DNA of 64,000 nt from Promethearchaeota archaeon (GTDB taxonomy: Archaea; Asgardarchaeota; Lokiarchaeia; Sigyniarchaeales; SOKP01): the NCBI GenBank assembly GCA_048938025.1, contig JBHLMP010000013.1:1-64000 (forward strand), written 5' to 3'. The position numbers were made by a program, and so were the translations under genes. Positions within the stretch are counted from its first letter, which is position 1. Each line of letters opens with the position of its first letter. Below the pieces are notes generated by a model that saw only the letters and a program-made list of their open reading frames with translations, was not told where the DNA came from and did not search any database. Shown here piece after piece: positions 58,488 to 64,000 of the stretch.

Positions 58488-59552
58488 TTACATCTTACAT
58501 ATCGAGAATCCACAAAATTTACAATTTCCTTTATTATCTAAATTCAATTCACTGATACCAAAGATGACTCTTTTAATAACTATCTTAGAGCAGTTTGGAC
58601 ATATAGTATGTTCATATTCTGTATTTGGCAAGTTTCCAAGGTAAACATATTTTAAGCCAATATTTTTAGCAATTTCATATGCATTATATAATGTTTTTAA
58701 TGGTGTTGGGTTTTCATAACCATAATCAAAAGATTTGTAATGTGGAAAAAATCGACTTATATGAAAGGGGGTAAATTCTCCTAACTCTTCCAATATTCTC
58801 TCAGCAATATTTCTAATAATCTTCTCATCAGAATTTAAACCTTCAATCACTAAGGTAGTAATCTCTAAATGTATCCCTAATTCAATTGCTTTTTTAGCAT
58901 TTCGCCATACTTTTTCTATATCTATTCCACAATATTTCTGAACCATATCTGCCCCTCCTTTTATATCAATATTAATAGCATCAAGTCCATGTTTAGCTAA
59001 CTCTTTAAGAACTTCTTCGGTCATGTACCCATTGGATACATAGGTATTATATAATCCTTCCTTTTTAGCTAATTTAAACACATCTAATGAATATTCAAAT
59101 AGAAGTGTTGGCTCATTAAAAGATATTGAAGTTCCCCGACAATTATTTTTTAATGCTATTTCTATAAATTTTTCAGGGGAGATAAAATCGCTCGAATTTC
59201 TTACAAGCTCTATAATTTCTTTTGAGGGATGTGAGAGATGATGATTCTGACACCACCAACAATTAAAATTACATCCATATGTACCTACAGTAAGAGCTGT
59301 GCTTCCAGGATAAAAGTGATATAATGGTTTTTTTTCAATAGGATTAAATGATAAAGCGGGTATTAAACCATAAACAATACTGTATATTTTGCTATTTTGA
59401 TTGATTCTCGTTTGACAAAATCCAGTTTTACCCTCACTAATTTTACATTTTCTCTCACAAGTTAAGCATTGAGAAATATAATTGTCAAGTTTTTGTTGGA
59501 ACTTCCCAATTTTTAAAAATTTTGAATTCAATCCTTTGATATTACTGTTCAT
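58488..59552 (-). CDS. amrS: AmmeMemoRadiSam system radical SAM enzyme
   Basis: CxxCxxxC..G..GFC..R, PIEKKPLYHFYPG, GCNFNCWWCQN, SRFFP, YVYLGN, C-terminal CxxC pairs. Confidence 0.88.
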   Translation of the reverse strand: MNSNIKGLNSKFLKIGKFQQKLDNYISQCLTCERKCKISEGKTGFCQTRINQNSKIYSIVYGLIPALSFNPIEKKPLYHFYPGSTALTVGTYGCNFNCWWCQNHHLSHPSKEIIELVRNSSDFISPEKFIEIALKNNCRGTSISFNEPTLLFEYSLDVFKLAKKEGLYNTYVSNGYMTEEVLKELAKHGLDAINIDIKGGADMVQKYCGIDIEKVWRNAKKAIELGIHLEITTLVIEGLNSDEKIIRNIAERILEELGEFTPFHISRFFPHYKSFDYGYENPTPLKTLYNAYEIAKNIGLKYVYLGNLPNTEYEHTICPNCSKIVIKRVIFGISELNLDNKGNCKFCGFSICKM

Positions 59553-59594
59553 TACTATATGATCAAATATTATTCCTACAATTATAAGATTGGA

Positions 59595-59882
59595 TTATAT
59601 TACATTTAAATGAAATACATCTGGTTCTTTCAATTCCCAATCTTCAAACGGATCATCCTTAACAGCTTCAACCATAGCAGGCCTTGCGGCAAGCCAATCC
59701 TCTTTAGATTCCCAAATTGCTAAACCAATAAGTCTGTCAGTATCTTCATCTTTAGTAGTATATGCCATTATCAAACCTTCTTTTTCTTTCATAGCATCGC
59801 CAAATCTATGCATCGAATCAATTAGATATTTCTCTTTTCCTTCTTTAGGGAAATGTATAGACATATGAATAAATATTTTCAA
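59595..59882 (-). CDS. ABM/dimeric alpha-beta barrel domain protein
   Basis: PKEGKE...GL...LAIWESKEDW; GGAGG RBS before TTG. Confidence 0.75.
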   Translation of the reverse strand: MKIFIHMSIHFPKEGKEKYLIDSMHRFGDAMKEKEGLIMAYTTKDEDTDRLIGLAIWESKEDWLAARPAMVEAVKDDPFEDWELKEPDVFHLNVI

Positions 59883-59905
59883 ACACCTCCAAGAATTTTT
59901 ATAAA

Positions 59906-61276
59906 TTACCTTGTTTTCATTAAAGGCATTATTAAACGAAATAATTTTGAATAAATTTTTCTTATAATTGAACTCTCAAATAAATATCTTAGTAATTTTA
60001 ATAATCTATACTTTTTTGGCTTAAAAGTACTTAATTCTCTATCATAAGTGATTCCACTGATAAAGAAGTTCTTCTTAAATAATGATATAAGTAGAGAATA
60101 TGTAATTATGGTTATTATATCCCAAGCTCGTTTAATATGAACTTTAGGATAATTAAGAGATTCTCCCATAGCCATCCGAACGATCTCAATAAGATGATAA
60201 ATATCAATTTTACTACCAATTAATTCTCTTGTAGCCCACAATAGATAGATACATCCTCCACAATAGGAAACAAGGGCTCTTGCTCCTGTTTCTTCAGCCT
60301 CCTTAAATTTTTTGATTCCTTCAGAAATCATATCAAACGGGATAGATATATTTTTGACCCAAGATGCTCCTGCTCCGAACCCACAGCATAAAGAATCTTT
60401 TCTAATATGTTCCATCTCAATTATTTCACATCCACATTTCTTTAATATTTCACGGGGAAAATCCCAATAAGATCCTCCTAGAACCTTAGAATAGCAATTA
60501 TCATGCACAGTTATAGCAAAGTCAAGTTTATTTGGTAATTTTATATCTCCTGAATCTAATTTATCTAATAACCAGTGATTAAAATTAACAAACTTTTGAT
60601 TATGTTCTATTCCCATCTCTTTTGGATGTACTTCATTGAATATATACTCAACAGCATCTAATATTGCTACTATCGGGTTTACCCCCCACCCATCAAAATC
60701 CTCTTTTGTACGTTGGGCAATTTTCTGAACAACGTCTAAATATCCTCCTTGATATAAATATGCCCCTCCTTCCCATTGATCTATTCTATCAATCGGGTTG
60801 AAAAAATTTAATAACCTGCTTCCACCGATGATAAATGGAAATAAATGTGTATAATTTCCAATTAGTAAAATTTTATCACCTGGTTTAGGAATATAATGAA
60901 CCCATTTATAAATCCATCTTCTCTCCTGATTTGAAAGAAATAAATTAAGAAGCTGCCAAATATTATGTTCTTCAGTTGGACATACAAAGTGATAAAGTGG
61001 TGGAGCACCTCTTTTTTTATAAAGATCATTCCATCTTTCAAGAATTAATTGGTATGGATTAGCTTGTTTTGGACAATATAGATTACATGAAAAACATGTG
61101 TTACATTTATAAAGAGTATATTTAGATTCCTCACCTTTAATTAATCTTTGAAATTCTTTTTTTGCTTCTTCTAAAGGTAATTTTAGAACGGGACATAAAT
61201 GAAGACATTGACCACAGAGGTCACATAAATCTTCCCGAAAAGCAGGTATTCTTTTACTCTCTTGCATAATTACCAC
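59906..61276 (-). CDS. HdrD/GlpC-like Fe-S protein (2x[4Fe-4S] + CCG), first CCG domain degenerate
   Basis: CDLCGQCLHLCP, CNTCFSCNLYCP, HDNC, CCGFG, CGGC. Confidence 0.85.
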   Translation of the reverse strand: MVIMQESKRIPAFREDLCDLCGQCLHLCPVLKLPLEEAKKEFQRLIKGEESKYTLYKCNTCFSCNLYCPKQANPYQLILERWNDLYKKRGAPPLYHFVCPTEEHNIWQLLNLFLSNQERRWIYKWVHYIPKPGDKILLIGNYTHLFPFIIGGSRLLNFFNPIDRIDQWEGGAYLYQGGYLDVVQKIAQRTKEDFDGWGVNPIVAILDAVEYIFNEVHPKEMGIEHNQKFVNFNHWLLDKLDSGDIKLPNKLDFAITVHDNCYSKVLGGSYWDFPREILKKCGCEIIEMEHIRKDSLCCGFGAGASWVKNISIPFDMISEGIKKFKEAEETGARALVSYCGGCIYLLWATRELIGSKIDIYHLIEIVRMAMGESLNYPKVHIKRAWDIITIITYSLLISLFKKNFFISGITYDRELSTFKPKKYRLLKLLRYLFESSIIRKIYSKLFRLIMPLMKTR

Positions 61277-62559
61277 GCCTCACCGTATTCAGGGGGATTT
61301 TCGGGTATCTCAGCCAGTTTAAAAGTCTTTTTAGAAAGGATCTTAGGGACTTGTTTTTTCATAATTCCCCAAAAAATATGTTTACCTCTTTTCTTTTTAG
61401 CTTTCTTAGTCAAAGATGGTTTTTCTTCCAATGCCATCTGTATTAATTCTATGATATGATACACCTTGACCTTTCTGAAATATAGTGGCTTGTTTGTGTA
61501 AAAAACAGCTAAACAACCAGCACAATATACACAAACTATATCAGCCTTGGTCTTCCTAAAATCTTTAAAGTTCCTAACCGATGATTTTCTCATTTTAAAA
61601 GGTTGATATGCAGAATCAACAGAAAATCCAGCTCCTATCCCACAACATCGCATACTTTCTCTGCATGCTTTGGTCTCTAAAACTGTAATACCTAGTTTTT
61701 CTAAGATTTTTCGAGGGAGGTCCATATACTCATCTCCGAACATCTTTGAGTAACATGAATCTTGAATTGTAGCAGTTAAATTCAATTTCCTTTTTACTTG
61801 AATTTCTCCATTTTCAAATTTTTCCCATAAATATTGGAGATATGATTTAATGGATTCAAATTTATAAGTTAAACCATAATGAGGAAGTATATTTTTAAAA
61901 ATATTTGTTCCAGCTGTGCATAATACTAATAGATTTTTTGGTTTCAAAATATTAAACCAATTATCTAATCTTTTTGCAATTTGAAATAATTCATCTTTAT
62001 ATCCTGTCCGGAATAATGTTTCTCCACAACAATATTCAAGTCTGCCTCTTATATCTAAATCTTTAAAAAAGCTAGTTTGTGTAAGTTCAGCATATGTTAT
62101 TATATTACATCCAGGGTATGTTAGTGTATCCCCTTTCAAGGGTCTTAATTCAGCCCAACTTCTTACTAGTTCTTTTGTTTCTTTCGGTAAATGTTCCATA
62201 ACATAGGATCGAAAATTAGGATAATGAGGATACAAGGTCATGAAATATTCCGCTCTTTTTCTTAATCCTTTTCCTTTATATAGTTCATTCCATCTTCGCA
62301 GTATTAATTCAGTAGGATGAGCATTTTCAGTACAATAAAAATTACATGAGAAACAGCTTTGGCAATCATTTAATACTTTTTTAGTTTTCTCTCCCGCAAT
62401 TAATCGCTTCATTTCATCGATAGATTCTTCTACAGAGAGTCCCATTATGGGGCATTTATTAAAGCATTCACCACAAAGAGTGCAAGCATCCTCATTAAAT
62501 GGAGAGAAGAACTCTATATCGACAGGTTCTATATTAGTCATATTTTCAATCAATTGCAA
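61270..62559 (-). CDS. HdrD/GlpC-like Fe-S protein (2x[4Fe-4S] + 2 CCG)
   Basis: CTLCGECFNKCP, CQSCFSCNFYC, YPGC, CCGE, QDSC, CCGIG, CAGC. Confidence 0.85.
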   Translation of the reverse strand: MQLIENMTNIEPVDIEFFSPFNEDACTLCGECFNKCPIMGLSVEESIDEMKRLIAGEKTKKVLNDCQSCFSCNFYCTENAHPTELILRRWNELYKGKGLRKRAEYFMTLYPHYPNFRSYVMEHLPKETKELVRSWAELRPLKGDTLTYPGCNIITYAELTQTSFFKDLDIRGRLEYCCGETLFRTGYKDELFQIAKRLDNWFNILKPKNLLVLCTAGTNIFKNILPHYGLTYKFESIKSYLQYLWEKFENGEIQVKRKLNLTATIQDSCYSKMFGDEYMDLPRKILEKLGITVLETKACRESMRCCGIGAGFSVDSAYQPFKMRKSSVRNFKDFRKTKADIVCVYCAGCLAVFYTNKPLYFRKVKVYHIIELIQMALEEKPSLTKKAKKKRGKHIFWGIMKKQVPKILSKKTFKLAEIPENPPEYGEAW

Positions 62560-62661
62560 TAATTTTTTAAAACATCTAAAGTTTAAAGTTTAATTATTGA
62601 TATATGAGCTTAAAAAAATATAAATCTTAATAAAATAATTTAGACTGTAGAATTTGAGTTA

Positions 62662-63471
62662 TTAGATAACGCCAGCCATTTGAATAGTAATTAAACAAAT
62701 AAAATATAACATTAAAAAATTTCCTATTAAGATTCCCACATCTTTTACTCCTTTAGAGGATTTGGTGGGTCTCCTGAAAGTGAACATAGTACCAATTGGC
62801 ATGAAAATAAATGGAAAAAAATAATATTGCTCTAAAATAACAAATGCCCAAAGGGCTAAAATTAATGTAAATATTGCAGAGGTCCAAATTATAATCTGAC
62901 ATTGTCGCAAACTAAAAAACCTCGTTAAGGCATCTGAATCTATAACTTCATGAACAAATTGACCTGTAACCGCAAATCCCAAAATTGTAAACATTAAGAT
63001 CCATTCAGATGTAGACATTAATGATAATTCAGCATCAATCTTTATCATAAAATAAGGAAAAATTACATGAGAAGCGCCCAATAATATGTGATTTAAAATT
63101 GGGATAGGTTTAAGCCATTTAACATATAAAAGAACCATGACTATTATTATACCTAAAAATAAACCATTAATCGGATATGTAAAACATGTGCGCAATAATA
63201 ATGAAAAACCAAAAATAAAACTAGCGAGCCCTATTGTAAATATTTCACGTGGATGATATCCTTCCACTCGTTCAAGAGTTTCTTTTTCATTAGGATCTTT
63301 CATATCGACAACATCATTCCAAGTATTCCCAGTAATAGCTAAAAAGATAAAACCAACGATTATATCAAAATGCTCAAACGGATTTAAATTATTTAAATAA
63401 ATCGCAATTAGTATAGGTATAATAACACTAAAAGTATAATCAAGCCTTAGAAGTTCAATCCTTTTTGACAT
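62662..63471 (-). CDS. UbiA-family prenyltransferase
   Basis: NDVVD and HEVID acidic motifs; multi-TM; KDVG. Confidence 0.75.
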   Translation of the reverse strand: MSKRIELLRLDYTFSVIIPILIAIYLNNLNPFEHFDIIVGFIFLAITGNTWNDVVDMKDPNEKETLERVEGYHPREIFTIGLASFIFGFSLLLRTCFTYPINGLFLGIIIVMVLLYVKWLKPIPILNHILLGASHVIFPYFMIKIDAELSLMSTSEWILMFTILGFAVTGQFVHEVIDSDALTRFFSLRQCQIIIWTSAIFTLILALWAFVILEQYYFFPFIFMPIGTMFTFRRPTKSSKGVKDVGILIGNFLMLYFICLITIQMAGVI

Positions 63472-63529
63472 ATAAAATGAAATGCTTCATATTATTTATT
63501 GTTTAAATTTCTTTGAGTATAATTTTTTT

Positions 63530-64000
63530 TTATCGCGTGCTTTGTATAAATTGCATATCTTTTTTTTGCTCTTTTTCCCATCTCTTACGCTCCGATCGCA
63601 ATTTGAATATATCAACATCTTTATAAATCAAACCCTCTTCTTTAGCAGGAATCATTCGTTCAGTACGATCTTTTTCAGGAGTGTATATAAGAGATTCTCC
63701 AAATTCTGCAACATTGACAAAGAAGCAGTAGGCATATATAGATCTACGAGCATCAAAATGAGCCGCTTTAAAATCAGCTGTGACAGGAGTGAATGCAGGA
63801 TTAATTACAATATCAACAGGAGGTTCAAAATTTTTTAATTCCACTCTCAAATCCATATCAAGGAAATCCCGGCAAATAATTATAGCAATTCTTCCAAACT
63901 CAGTATTACATATGGTTGTATTTCTTGGATAGGAACTTGTTTCAATTGCTTCTTTAACTTTTTTTCCTTCAATGTGCATCGTTGCAGGGATATGTTTTTC
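63530..64000 (-). CDS. Carbon-nitrogen hydrolase (nitrilase fold), 5' part outside the window
   Basis: TEFGRIAIIICRDF nucleophile motif, INPA, FVN; KH just upstream; ORF open to the window edge. Confidence 0.8.
   Translation of the reverse strand, partial: EKHIPATMHIEGKKVKEAIETSSYPRNTTICNTEFGRIAIIICRDFLDMDLRVELKNFEPPVDIVINPAFTPVTADFKAAHFDARRSIYAYCFFVNVAEFGESLIYTPEKDRTERMIPAKEEGLIYKDVDIFKLRSERKRWEKEQKKDMQFIQSTR

Overview
AT-rich archaeal chromosomal window, most likely from an Asgard archaeon (Lokiarchaeia-like). This is inferred from an ESCRT locus (EAP30/Vps22-36-like, Vps25-like, Vps4, ESCRT-III), longin/roadblock proteins, archaeal eS1/uS15, AGGTGA/GGAGG ribosome-binding sites and BHB-type tRNA introns. 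It holds about 55 CDSs, tRNA-Gly(GCC) with two non-canonical introns and tRNA-Val(GAC). I saw no CRISPR array, rRNA, integrase or transposase. Best candidates for new biology: (1) a membrane-anchored surface protein with three tandem phage tail-fibre collar/HxH repeats on a stalk of five Ig-like repeats, probably a single-chain pseudo-trimeric adhesin; (2) a 16-kb five-gene operon that couples a MacB/FtsEX-type ABC ATPase and two double-FtsX permeases to a giant surface protein and a membrane-anchored subtilase with a cytoplasmic Zn-finger tail. Other notable items: the two-intron tRNA, a Fic gene whose TATA box is bracketed by a 14-bp inverted repeat, a short non-canonical histone, RNase III, a truncated TFS/RpoM paralog and a Ni-pincer/NikR neighbourhood. 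All product calls come from motif recognition by eye; no database searches were run.
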